Assembly (NCBI RefSeq): GCF_016432865.1
Contig: NC_067400.1
Location: 518,816,001 to 518,880,000 of the forward strand
Origin: Antechinus flavipes
Lineage: Eukaryota
Length of the DNA stretch: 64,000 nt
Direction: 5' to 3'
The stretch's first letter is position 1. Each line of letters opens with the position of its first letter. The notes under the pieces are model-generated. The model did no database searches, was not told where the DNA came from, and was given only the letters and a program-made list of their open reading frames with translations. The translations under genes and the position numbers were made by a program. Shown here piece by piece: positions 1 through 12,370 of the stretch.

Positions 1-339
1 TGGGTTATAAACTGGTGTCTGATGGCAAGGAAGATTATGCCGGCACTGGAAGCCCCATTGTGTAGTATTAGTTGTTAACAGATCCTGACAATCAATGAAG
101 GAAAATTGTTATAAGTAGCAATAATAACAATAACTCATATTTCTATATTATTTTAAGGTTTGCAAATTACAATTGATGCAAATATTTGTAGAAGGAAGAG
201 AAGGAGCAAGATTAAATGGAGATAAAAATTCTTTCTCTGGGCTCAGTGATGGACAGTGGGTCTGTTTTCCAAGAGCCAGTAGAGTGAAGTTTGGAAAGGC
301 TCAGATTGGTTCTAAGTGTTGATTTTTCAGTCATAATCA

Positions 340-825
340 GTTTTTTAAATAGCACTTTATTTTTTCTAAATATATGTAGATAGTTTTCAACATTCAGTTT
401 ATAAAACTTTGTGTTCTAATTTTTTCTCCCTTTTCCCCTTACCTTCCTTGTCTCCAAGACAGTAAGCAATCTGATATATGTTAAATATGTGCAATCCTTT
501 TAACATATTTCCATATTTGACATGTTGTGCAAGAAAAATCAGACCAAAAGGGACAAAAAAGCATGAGAAAGAAAAAACAAACAAACAAAAAGGTGAAAAT
601 ATTAAGCTTTGACCCATATTCAACAGTTGCCCTAGTTCTCTCTCTGGATATGATTGGCATCTTCCATCCCAAGTCTGTTGGAATTGTCTTAACTCACCGC
701 ATTGTTGAGAAGAGCCAAATCCATCACAATTGATCATTTAATCTTGTTGTAACTATGTACATGTTCTTCTGAGATCATTTAATCTTGTTGTAACTATGTA
801 CATGTTCTTCTGATTCTGTTCACTT
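340..825 (-). mobile_element. L1 3' end fragment (marsupial L1)
   Basis: Reverse-strand L1 3'UTR homologous to copies at 20951 and 31320; near-TSD agtcataa(t/c)ca at 329-339 and 826-836. Confidence 0.8.
732..813. repeat. Perfect 41-bp tandem duplication inside the L1 fragment
   Basis: gatcatttaatcttgttgtaactatgtacatgttcttctga at 732-772 and 773-813. Confidence 0.95.
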
Positions 826-2979
826 AGTCATAACCAATCTTGAAGACTGCTTAGCAATTTCATGAGTCCATGGCAGAGAGCAGTCATGCTGATGAAACCC
901 CAGATTATTGAATTACAGTATTATGAAGTGATAGTACTTACACATCTTATCTCACAAATGTGTGATGAAGAAAGTGCTCTTATCATCTTTCAAATGCTAA
1001 AGTAATACAAGTATTATGAATAATAGAGAAGATTTATGTAATGCTTCTCTCACAACAACTCTGGGAGATTAGCTAATATAAATATTATAATTGACATTTT
1101 ACAGAAGAAACAGGTTGCCGGATAGAGAAATTTGTCAGATGTCAACATTCAGATTCTAACTTATGTCTCCTGGTCTTCAGTTGATTATCTTCACCACACT
1201 AGCATTAGGAACTACACAGGAGGTAACCTCAAAAGTAATTGTAATCCTGAAGGATTTTCTTAAAGCAAAATTAAAGACCTCAGTGATCCTCACTCATCCA
1301 AAAAAAGAATCTCCACTATAAATAACATATGTGGTCACAAGTAGTTTTCCAGGAACAACTACTTGTGATTTCATCCTCTCCAGTACTATCCAGGGACAAG
1401 CATTTCTATAAAAGAAAACAAACTTAAAGGAGGCAATGCACTAGTATGGCAAAAAACACAGGTTTGCAATCAGTCACAGTTCTACCTCTTGCTAACTGTG
1501 AGACTTTTCCCTTTCTGTGTCTCAGTTTCTTGTTCTGTACAATTAAGGAATAATTAATTATTTCTAATATAATTTCTAAGTAAATTATTTCTAAGGTCTC
1601 TTCAAACCCTAATATGCTATGACTAGGGTTCATCCCCATGCCTCCTACCATCCATTCTGCCACTAAGTGAACTTGAATTAACATCATTTATTTATTTACT
1701 TATTTCTCTTTTTAATATTGGACCACCTAATCAGAAAGTCTCTGTGTGTGTTGGAGCCATGTGGGTTGTTTACAGTTAAAATTAAAATTTTTTGATCTAT
1801 GACCTCGTGGACATCATTTACACAATTATAGCAGAGGGTTAGTCATGTTCATGTGTACTAATAAGGCAAAAAAAAAATACTAAATATTTCATTTAGTAGA
1901 GACCCTTTGGACCTCTGGTTGGACATTTGAGGACCAAATCATCTCTGACCTTTTGTGTCCCTTTTAGTTGTGACTTTTTATGTCTTAGAACACTCCTGTA
2001 AGAGGAAAACAAGAAGGCGACCATCAAAAAGAAAAAAAGCTAGATCTGAATTTGGTCAGGAAATGTTATCTTGGAGTTGAAACGAGGCTTGGGAAGTCCT
2101 TCTGTCCCCTGTTTTTAGGCAAACATATAGGTAGAAGCACAGATTTCCCTGTAGTCTGAGGAAAAGCAAGAAAAGATCCGGGCTGAGAATCTGACTGCAA
2201 ATATGATCAGGGCACGACCACAGCAGCCGATTCTGTTCAATGCCCAGTGAATAAACGTGACAGTCTTTGACCATCTGCACTGAGTGATGGAGACTGTCTG
2301 GGAGAGAGGCAAGTATCCATGGGAATACTGCAGTTGGAGAGCTCTTTGGCTGCCTGCCAGAGCGGAGAATTGAAAGAAAGTAAAAGTGAAACCGTGCTCT
2401 GTGACTGCTGGGGAGTGCATAAAGCAGACCCAGCACCTGGTGCTCCAGATTGGAGCAGCCGGCAAACTGGTGCTGAGGTCAGGCAGAGGAGGGCAGCCAT
2501 GCTTGTTTGCCAGGGCGCTCACTGGCACTGGGAATTTGCACTGCAGAAGAGATATATTTTGGGGTTTGGAATGAAAACTAATCCCCAGGCGGGGGCATTG
2601 CAGTAAACAAGAGTACTGGATTTGGAATCAGAATCTGGATTCAAATCCTAGTTTTGCCCCTTTAAAATTGATTCAGCCTTTCCTTTCATGTTGTCTCCCC
2701 CAGTCCCAAGAAACTCTCAATAAAGTGTTTTGGGTCTAAAAGTGATAGACAAAAAAAGTTAATAACTTATTGGCCTTGTTAATAAAATAATTAAATTGTG
2801 TCCATCTCCAAAATAGATGCAACTTCCATTTAAGAAATACCTTTTTTGTACAAAGCGCAAATTTAAATGAGGAGCTTTGTTCTGAGGAGAGATCTGATAC
2901 AGGAGATGTTATTAATCTCAACTGAGCCTTTCTAACAGCCAGGCAGTCCTCGTCCTTCACATTAATTTGAATGCCAAAT

Positions 2980-3365
2980 GTACACTTCCAAAAAAAAATA
3001 TTTATGGAGAATCCACATAGGGCAAGTGCCTACAAGGTGGTCAGAAAAAGCGATACAAGGACACTCTCAAGGAATCTCTCAAGAACTTAAGAATCGATTG
3101 TATGACATGAGAGACATTGGCACAGGATCATCCAAGCACAGGGTGCTCTAATCAGAGAAACAGAATTGAATCAACCCAAAAGAAAAATGAAATGCGCATA
3201 ATTAAGGAAGCTACCCTAAATGTTCATAGGGACTATTTGTGCCCGATCTATGGCAGAGCACTCCGAGCTCGTATTGATCTGATCAGCCATAGCTGGATAC
3301 ACTGTAATTTGACTCTGAGTTAGTGTTGTCATTTTAGTCCTCTTCGAGAACGAAAGACAACAGCC
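2980..3365 (+). mobile_element. RTE LINE 3' end fragment
   Basis: Degenerate RTE ORF C-terminus (QKKRYKDTLKESLKNL; CPIYGRALRARIDLISH) followed by the RTE tail gtcattttagtcctcttcgagaacgaaagacaac. Confidence 0.8.
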
Positions 3366-3379
3366 AAACATTACCTCTT

Positions 3380-3754
3380 CCTCCCCCAAATGATTCTCAA
3401 CTCCACTCAATAGGGCAGCTGCTCCAAATGCTCCCTTCTCCCCTTAAGCCTTCCAGAGCATGCCTTGCACAACCCGCAACCTGCCGAGGACTGTACTTTA
3501 TATTTTACTGAGAGATTCAAGCTTATGAACGCTTCTTCCTTCTCGTCCCAACATCTTCATCCTCACTATCTTTTTTTTAAATTCAAATTCAGATTCTAAC
3601 TTATCTCCTGACCTCGAGTTAATTGTTTTCTCTACTACATTAGTAATAAGAGCTACATAGGAGGTAAGCCAATAACCTCAAAACAATCAAATAATTGTAA
3701 TCCTGAAGGATTTTCTTAAAGCAAAATTAAAGACCTCAGTGGTCCTCACTCATC

Positions 3755-3792
<38 letters not shown>

Positions 3793-4830
3793 CTCCACAG
3801 TCTCTTGAGGAAGAGGAGAGAGACTCTTTTCTCTGACAAAGTCAACCAGTCTGCTTATACTCGATCTGCGTCCTCTCCAGAAAATTACTTCAGTTGATAT
3901 CTCCACTCTAATTTTCTTTCTCTGTCTACTAGTTCCTCCTCTACTTCCCACAAATAAACCAAGTCTCCCTCATCCTTAAAAAAAAAAAAAACCCTCACTA
4001 GATCCTACCATTCCTGCTACTATTATTCTACATCTCTCTACCTCTTTTTGGTTAAAATCCTTGAAAAAAAAAAATGCTACCTACATTCAGTGTCTCCATT
4101 TTTCTCCTTTTTGTCTCTGCATTCTGATTTCTTAGCTCATCCCTCAATTTCAACTGCTCTCTAAAAAATTACTAATGATCTTTCAGTGTCTATACCTAAT
4201 GTTTTTTTTAAAGCCCCATCTTTATTGACTTCTCTGCAGCATTTGACATTATATTCCACACTCCATGGCACGGCACAGCTCTCTCCTGTCTGATCATTTC
4301 AGTCTTTTCTGGATCTTTATGTCATTCCCTCTAACTGTGGGTATCCCCTAAGGCCCTGTTATAGACACACTTTTCTCTCTATACCCTCTCGTTCAGTGAC
4401 CTCATTAGCTCCCAAAGTGCATAATAAATACCAACTTACTGTCTCAATGTAGTCCATATCTCATTCAGCCACTAAAATAATCCTCAAGATCTGTTCCTGT
4501 CTCCCTTCTACTCAATGAGCTTCAATAGCTCCCTATTACTTTTAAGAGAAAATAGAAAGTCCTTTATTTGTCATTTGAAGTTCTTCACAGTATAGTCCCT
4601 TCCTTCTTTTCCAATCTCTCTATGCATTCCTCCTTCTCCTAGATTCTACACACCAATCATGCTGACCCATTGCTGTTCCTTACATCTCCTTGCCCTTTTA
4701 GCTGGGCCCAGAATGTTCTTTCTTTTCAGCCCTATGTCTTAGAACTCCTGATTTCTTTCTTTCAAGACTCAGCTCAAGAACAACCTTCTGCAAGAGGTGT
4801 TTGCTAGTCCTCCTTCTGCCAGCTGCTAAT
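3380..4830 (+). mobile_element. Degraded L2 LINE, interrupted at about 3585-3790
   Basis: Pyrimidine-rich L2 motifs such as gaggaagagg...gacaaagtcaacc, ctgcagcatttgaca and agctcccaaag. Confidence 0.65.
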
Positions 4831-7034
4831 GTTTTCCTCCCCAAAGTAGATAATAAAAATAACTATAATAGAAGCTAATATTTATAGCTCACTTACTATA
4901 TATGAAGACTTTCCAAATAATATCTCACAACAATCCTGGCAGGCAGGTATCCCCATTTTATAGACAAGTAACCTGAGAGAAGTTAAGTAATTTACCTGGG
5001 TCACACAGCTTTGTATCTGAGGTGACATTTGAACTTAGATCTTCCTAACTCCAAACCCAGTGCTCTATCCTCAGCACCACCTAGCAATTCTTCATAGGTA
5101 CCTCATCTCTACTTTGTAGATATCTATATGTTGTCTCCCATATTAGAATGTAATGTGTTTAAAAAAAGAAAAAGAAAAAGAATGTAAGGTGCTTGAGAGC
5201 AAGGACTGCCTTGCTTTGAAATACCTGTATATTAATACAAATAGCTTTAATTAATATTTGCTGATTAATTGATCTTGAGAAAATAAGTCAAGACTATCCT
5301 AAAAGTCTTTATTCAACTTTAAGCTATTAAATCTTCAGGCTCTCCAAGGTTTAGTTTGCTTATCTGTAAAAATAAAGGGAAATGGGTGGACTAGATTCAG
5401 ATTTTTTCACTAGCGGACTACATGATCAGAAATTAAGCTAGATTTAAGCTATAACATTATGTTTAATTTATTTATATTAAATTAAGTTTACAGTTATAAA
5501 TTGATCCTTGCTTGTTAGCATATCATCCCCCAATTGACAGTTAGTCAAGAGTAGAGGCAGACAGGGAGGAGTAGATTATTATCTTCTTTCTGATCACATT
5601 TACATAGCACTTTTAAGGTTTGCAAAATGTTATCTCATTTGAGGCTCAAGACAACCCTGTGAGATAACCACTACAAATATTTTTATCTCCATTTTAAAAA
5701 TTAAAAGAGAAAAAAGAATCATAGCTCTTTAAAGAATTGCCTACTAATTCTTCACAATACCTTATTCAATTGATAACTAAATCATCTTTTAATCCGAGGC
5801 TAGGCACTGTGCAAGATCCAAGTGAAATTATAATAGGCAATCAGTATGGGTGACAGAAATACAAAAGATAAGACATAACCACCCTTCAGGAATTTATATT
5901 CTCCTGGGTAGAATGTGATCCAGTTATAGATGAGAAAAGGTAAGAGATATGCAAAAATAAATACTCAATGACTAGAATGGGGAAGTGGGAGATAGAGAGC
6001 ATTGCAGACAATCACAAAAGACCTGAAAAAGTTCCCATCTTATTGCTTGAATTTTCGTTGTTGCTCAGTCATTTTTCAGTGGTGTCCAACTCTTCATGAT
6101 CTCATTTGGGGTTTTCTTGACAAAGATACTAGAATAATTATCCTTCTCCCAGGTCCCATTTCTACCTATCCAATTACTACCACATCCTTCAAAGCCTAGT
6201 TCTATTGCTCCATTCATTCCCCCCCCCCCTTTTCATCCCACATCTCTCTACACTGCTCTCTGCCTCTTATGAGCTACCCTAGTGCTTTACCTATATTTTT
6301 TTTATTGCTACTATCCAATCCTACTTGGTATAAAACCATTGTTATTCTTCATTTTACAGTTGGGGAAACTAAGGAAGATTTTGTATAGGAGACCTTTACC
6401 AGAGAAATTTGTTTCAAGGATTTTTTTTCCTCATTTACCTGTATCTCTCCTAATTTAAAATGGACTTAAAAGTCCATTAAACTTGTTTGTGTCAGAATCA
6501 CACAACAAATTAGTGTTTGAGATCAAATTTGAAATTAGATCTACCATCCACTGCACTCACCACCTGGCTAGCTGCAAAATTCTGAGCAATACCTAGTGCT
6601 TAATTCCTGAATTCTGAGCTGCTTGTTCTCAGCGCACACTCCCATTCTGCTAGTAATTTACTATACTGTAATTAGTATGCTGGTAATTACACCATTAGTA
6701 ACTTGGCATGGAAAGCCCAATAGGAGATAGATAAAAAGGAATGTTTATGACTGTGAGTTTATAAATGAAAAGTTTTCAAAGCTCTAACCATTCATTAAAA
6801 ATGTTTTTGGTACTCTGAAAAAAAAGCCAGCATATATTAATTATTTTGCTTTTCTTTAAGAGGTCAAGCATTTTCTAACTTAAAAAAACCTTGAGTATAA
6901 GTCAAGGAGGCTATTCAGAGTGTCTCAGAATATTAGAATTTCCTTTTAGAATTAGTTAGGGACACTATCTAGCTTTCAGCTCTGTGGAGGCAGCAGTTTC
7001 CTTAACTATCATTTGAGATGGTAGAGTTATTTCT

Positions 7035-7290
7035 AAGGGCAGTCAGGTGGCACGGTAGATAGAGCACTGGGCTTGGACTCAGAAAGACTCATTTGTATGA
7101 ATTTAAATCTGGCCTTGCTAGCTGTGTGATCCTGGACAAGTCACTTAATTCTGTTTGCTTCAGTTTCCTCTTCTGTAAAATGAGCTGGAGAAAGAAATAA
7201 CAAACCACTTTGGTATCTTTGCCAAGAAAATCCTGAATGGGGTCAGGAAGATTCAGTTATGATGGAAACAATTGAACAACAATAACACAA
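7035..7290 (+). mobile_element. MAR1 CORE-SINE. Similar copies near 8960-9195(-), 13490-13720(-), 24355-24595(+), 26495-26730(-), 28265-28480(-), 30495-30730(+), 50450-50660(-), 57265-57505(+)
   Basis: tRNA-like head (ggcagtcaggtggcacggtagatagagcactgg), CORE (tgtgatcctggacaagtcacttaa...cagtttcctc) and RTE/BovB-like tail (ccactttggtatctttgccaagaaaa). Confidence 0.8.
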
Positions 7291-7399
7291 ATAAAATCTT
7301 TATATACTAGTAGTTTTTAAATTCTAGATACAAAATGAGAAGTGACCCTTTTGTGAGATTACTACTCACTTTATTATTGATTTAAAAAAAAAAATCTGT

Positions 7400-7752
7400 C
7401 CCTAAGAGAAGATCCAATTCGGTTCCAATTGATCAATGATGGACAGAATCAACTACATACAGAGAAGGACACAGGGAAATGAATGTGGACTACTTGCATT
7501 TTTGTTTTTCTTCCAAGGTTATTTTTACCATCTGAATCCAATTTTTCTTGTGCAACAAGAGAACTGTACGGATCTGTACACATGTATCTAGGATATATTT
7601 TAACATATTTAACATGTATAAGACTGCCTGCCATCTAGGGGAGAGGGTGGAGGGAGGGAAGGGAAAAGTTGGAACAGAAGTGAGTGCAAGGGACAATGTT
7701 GAAAAATTACCATGCATATGTTCTATCAATAAAAAACTATAATAAAAAATAA
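7400..7752 (+). mobile_element. Relatively young L1 3' end
   Basis: L1 3'UTR ending aataaaaaactataataaaaaataaa; highly similar to the reverse complement of 8006-8300. Confidence 0.85.
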
Positions 7753-8005
7753 ATTATGGTATGTGAGCATAATAAAATATTTTATGCTACAAGATATGAT
7801 GAAAAGGATAGATTTAGAGAAGATGCAGTGATAAACTGATTCCAGACTACAAAAATGAAACTGTCACTCCCTTCCTGCCAGAGAAATGATGAACTTAAAA
7901 ATGCAGTGGCATGCTAGTCTACATATGCTTATGATAAGGATTTTGTTTTGCATTTTGTTGTTGTTATTGTTGTTGTTCAATGGAAAGGGCAGTGTGAGGG
8001 ACAGA

Positions 8006-8700
8006 TTTTTTTAATAATAGCCTTTTATTGACAGAACATATGCATGGGTAATTTTTACAATATTGTCCCTTGCAAACACTTCTGTTCCAACTTTTCCCTT
8101 CCTTCCCTCCACTCCCTCCCCTAGATGGCAGGCAGTCTTATACATGTTAAACATGTTGAAGTATATCTTAAATACAGTATATGTGTACATATTTGTAAAG
8201 TTGTTGTTGCACGAGAAAAATTAGATTCTGAAGGTAAAAATAACCTGGGAAGAAAAACAAAAATGCAAGTAGTCCACATTCATTTTTCCAGTGTTCCTTC
8301 TCTGGATGTAGCTGGTTCTGTTTATCACCAATTAATTGGAACTGAATTGGATCTTCTCATTGACAAAGATATACACTTCCATCAGAATATATCCTCATAC
8401 AGTATTGTTGTTGAAGTATATAATGGTCTCCTAGTTCTGTTCATTTCACTCACCATCAATTCATGTAAGTCTCTCCAAGCGTCTCTGAAATCATCCTGCT
8501 GGTCATTTCTTACGGAACAATAATATTCCATAACGTTCATATACCACAATTTACTCAGCCATTCTCCAATTGATGGGCATCCATTCATTTTCCAGTTTCT
8601 AGCCATTACAAAAAGGGCTGCCACAAACATTTTTGTGCATACAAGTCTCTTTCCCTTCTTTAATATCTCTGGGATATAAGTCCAGTAGTAACCCTGTTAG
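8006..8700 (-). mobile_element. Relatively young L1 3' end including the ORF2 C-terminus
   Basis: Minus-strand ORF 8382-8630 MFVAALFVMARNWKMNGCPSIGEWLSKLWYMNVMEYY is the conserved L1 ORF2 C-terminus; poly(T) at 8006. Confidence 0.9.
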
Positions 8701-8709
8701 ATCAAAGGG

Positions 8710-10725
8710 ACATACCATAATTTGTTTAGTCATTACCCATTCATCCCCTTCAATTTCCAATTTTTGGCTACCATGAAAAGAACTGCTGCAAGCATTTTTG
8801 TAAGTAAAATTTTGTAAAAATTATTTCTTTTATCTCTTTGAATATAGGCCTAGTAGTAATATAGCTGGATCAAAGAGAATAAATAGTTTAGTAACTTTTG
8901 GAGTATAGTTCTAGATTGCTTTCCAGAATGGCTGGAGCAATTCATAATTTCATTGCTGCTGAGCCATTCAATCACATCCAACTCTTCATGATCCCATTTA
9001 GAATTTTCTTGCCAAGGGTACTGAAATAGATCCTTCGCCAACCTGTTTTACAGATGAAGAACTATGACAGATAAAGTTTAGTGACTTGCCTAGGGTCACA
9101 CAACCAGGAAATTTCTGAAGCTTGATTTGAACTCAGGAAAAAGAATCTCCTTGATTCCAAGATCAGTGTTCTATCCACTGAGCCACCCAGCTGCCATTAA
9201 TTCATAGCTCACCAACAATTTATTAATGTGTCCTTTTTCTTGCAGCCTTGTCAATATCCATCATCATCATCTTTTGTTTTCTTTACCTTTTTTTTATGAG
9301 TGTGAGATGGAATGCTTTAATTTATACTCCTCTGGTTAATAGTGATTTAAATTATTTCCCCATATTATTGTTGGTGGTTTATGTCTTTTATGGCTAATTA
9401 TCTGTGAGGAAATGGTTCTTGCAGCTAAATAGCACTGGAAAATCTTAATATAAATTTTAACTTATTCCTTGGATAGGAGACTTTTATCAGACAAATTTGC
9501 TTAAAGAAATTTTTTTCTCATTTATTTTATCCCTCCTAATTTAAACTATTGTCCATTAGCTTTGTTTGTGCAAAATCTTTTTAATTTTATATAATCAGAG
9601 TTGTCCATTTTATCCCCTTTATTAAATGTTTGTTATGATCTCTTACCCTATCCATTTATCTGAAAGTTATTTTCTTCTAATTTCCTACTCCTTTAATTTG
9701 TTGATGATTTGATCTTTTATATCTATGTCAGGTATCCTTTGGAACATAGCTTGATATATGATGCGAGGTATTAATCTAAACTTAATTTCTTTAGCCAGAC
9801 TGCTTTCTAGCTTTCAGAACAATTTTTGTCAAACAATGGGTCTTTCTGGGATATATTTGGGTTTAACAAACACTATGCTATTTTGTTCACTTCTGTATGT
9901 TGTGTACACAATTTGTTCCACTGTTAAACTCACTATATTTTAACCAGCCTTAATGACTAATGTTTTGTAGTACAGTTTGTGATCTGGCATTGATAGAACT
10001 GTCTCCTTCCCACATTTTTCATTGTTCTTAACATTTGTCACCTTTTTGTATCTTCATATGAATTTCATTATGATTTTTACTCTCTCTATAAAATATTGCC
10101 TTGCTAATTTGATTATGATACTGAACATAATAAATTAATGTAGGTAGTATTCTAATTTTTATTATATTGGGATTGACCTATTCTTGAGCGCTTAATGTTT
10201 CTCTAATTATTAAATGTGTCTTTATTTCTGCAAAGAGTTTTTCATAGTTAGAGTCATATAACTCCTAAAGAAATCTTGATAGATAAACTTCCAAACTTTT
10301 ATATAGTTATTGTAATTATTTTGATTGGAATTGCTCGGTCTAGCTCTTCCTCCTGGGTTTTTGGATAACATATAGGAATGCTGGTGATTTACTTAATTTT
10401 GTATCTTGCAATTTTGCTCAATATCTTAATTTGTTTAATAAATTTTATTTAACTCTTGGGTTTTTTGAAATAAGCTATTATATTATCTGAAAAAAGTGAT
10501 CATTTTATTCTTCTTGGCCTTTATTTTTCTTTTTTCTCTTATCACTACAGCTAGTATCAGTAGCACTAATTTAACTGTGTTAAATAATAATGATATTAAT
10601 GGACATCCTTGCTATGCTCTTATTGGAAAGGACTCTTTAATTTTCTCCAGTACACATAAAGCTTGCTCTTGGATTTAGATAGATATTATTGTATTAGAAA
10701 AAGGTTCCTTTATTCTATGCCTTCA
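8710..10725 (-). mobile_element. Old L1 ORF2 fragment, with a MAR1 nested at about 8960-9195
   Basis: T-rich antisense L1 ORF2 with degenerate RT segments (reverse complement includes gcaaggatgtccatta and ttttttcagataatataat). Confidence 0.75.
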
Positions 10726-10729
10726 AGAG

Positions 10730-11290
10730 AAAGAAATAGCTTTATCAGAATAACAGTACACAAAATAAAATCACAAAAATTGGTAGCTTATCTACAGAGC
10801 ACAATAAAATCCCAGAGAAAATAACAGGGATTTCTTTCAAAATATCTAAAAAATGCATAAAATTTGTGGGAGTAACTCTACCATGGCATAACTTGATGCC
10901 TACACAGATAAAATAAAAACAACGTCCCCTAAAGAAATAAAGAAATGAAGGGTCATTTAGTGCTCATGATTGGGCTACACCAACATAATAAGAACGACAA
11001 CTCTACTAAAATTCATTTGATACTGTGTCAATGAAACTACATAGGGGATACTTTATAGAGTTAAGCAAAATAATAGCAAGATTCTTTTTAAGAAACAAAT
11101 TTTGAAGAAAATATTAAGGGAAAAAGTTATCATGAAAGGGGAATGAGACTTCTAGATATCAAATGATATAATAAAGCAGTAATTTTCAAAACTATTTGCT
11201 ATCAGCTAAAAAGCATTAAAAAGTAGATCAGTAGAAAGACTAGATTAAGAAGAAACAACTGAAGTCAGTAACCCAGTATCCATTAAAATT
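10730..11290 (+). mobile_element. Old L1 ORF2 fragment
   Basis: A-rich degenerate ORF2 (acacaaaataaaatcacaaaaattggtagctt; aatgagacttctagatatcaaatgatatataaagcagtaattttcaaaac). Confidence 0.7.
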
Positions 11291-11299
11291 TTAGTCAAT

Positions 11300-12370
11300 A
11301 CAGTTTAATCACACACCACAGTAGTCCCAATCCATGATCTTAACATCTCTCCCACATGTATTCCATTACTATGATCAAAAGTTCTTGAAATTCCTTAACC
11401 ATTATCTGTCATAATTTCTTATCTTTCTATGCTGTAGGTTTCTTAAACATTATTTTTCATCCTTTCTGTTACCTCAAATCTCACCAGTCCACAAAACTAT
11501 CCTAGGCCATCTTCCCTGTTTGAGCTTCATTTTTTTCTGCTTCGCAATGTTAGGATCCATGGTTAAACCAATTCAACTGAACACTATTCTTTACTCTTTT
11601 TTTTGCCTACTAGTCTTATCCATTAATCCCAACATTCTTCTCTTGCACTCCTAACCATGTACTGCAAAGCAAAAGAGAAAAATCACAAAACTATGCTGAT
11701 TGGTTCACTACTAATGTATATTATTTAGTCTTAATTGCGTCTACACTGTCCCTAACTATTCCTTTTATCTCACTCAAGACTGGTTCTTTATTCTACTTCC
11801 CATGGCAGATATCTTCAGTTATCTTTTATATGGTCAGACTTCTCATTGCCTTTCCATTTCCCCAACTTTTAACAGAGGAAGTAATCTCATACTTTATTGG
11901 AAAAAAAAAAGAGGCTATTCCCCGTGAACTCCCCTTTTCTCTCCTACTTACACCTCAAAACTCCTTTGTATCATCATCATTCTCTCCTCCTTTCCTCCAG
12001 TCTTTGGGGAAGAAGTGGTCCTTTTTCTGGCCAAGGTTGTGTCCTACATGTAGCTAGATCCAATCACTTTTCTAGTTTATGGCCTTCATAATCATCTCAT
12101 CTTTCTCTCTTACTTCAATTTTCCTCTATGTATTAGTGCCTTGTCTCCAACCTACATACATGTACAAGTCTTTCCTGTCCTTAAAATCCCCTCACTTGAT
12201 CCTACCATCTCCTCGAGATTTTGTCCTATATATTTCCCCATCTCTCTCTACTCATTTAACCACTTACTCTAGATCTCACCCTGCTCACCTTCCATAGAGA
12301 CGATTGCAGCAGTATTTCTATATCCAATACCTAGTATAATGCCAGTCACCTTAATAGGCACTTAAAAAAT
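11300..12370 (+). mobile_element. Degraded L2 LINE
   Basis: L2 motifs ctatgctgattggttcactac and ctttttctggccaaggtt; L2 tail taggcacttaaaaaatgtttgtt. Confidence 0.65.

Noticed and set aside
8382-8630. L1 ORF2 C-terminal peptides (also 53521..53871) as genes
   Set aside because: Fragments of 5'-truncated L1 copies, not host genes.
10700-10760. Twin-priming (5'-inverted) L1 at the minus/plus junction
   Set aside because: Both pieces cover the same ORF2 segment (the YKIN..KS.AFLY-like region), so they are two separate copies.
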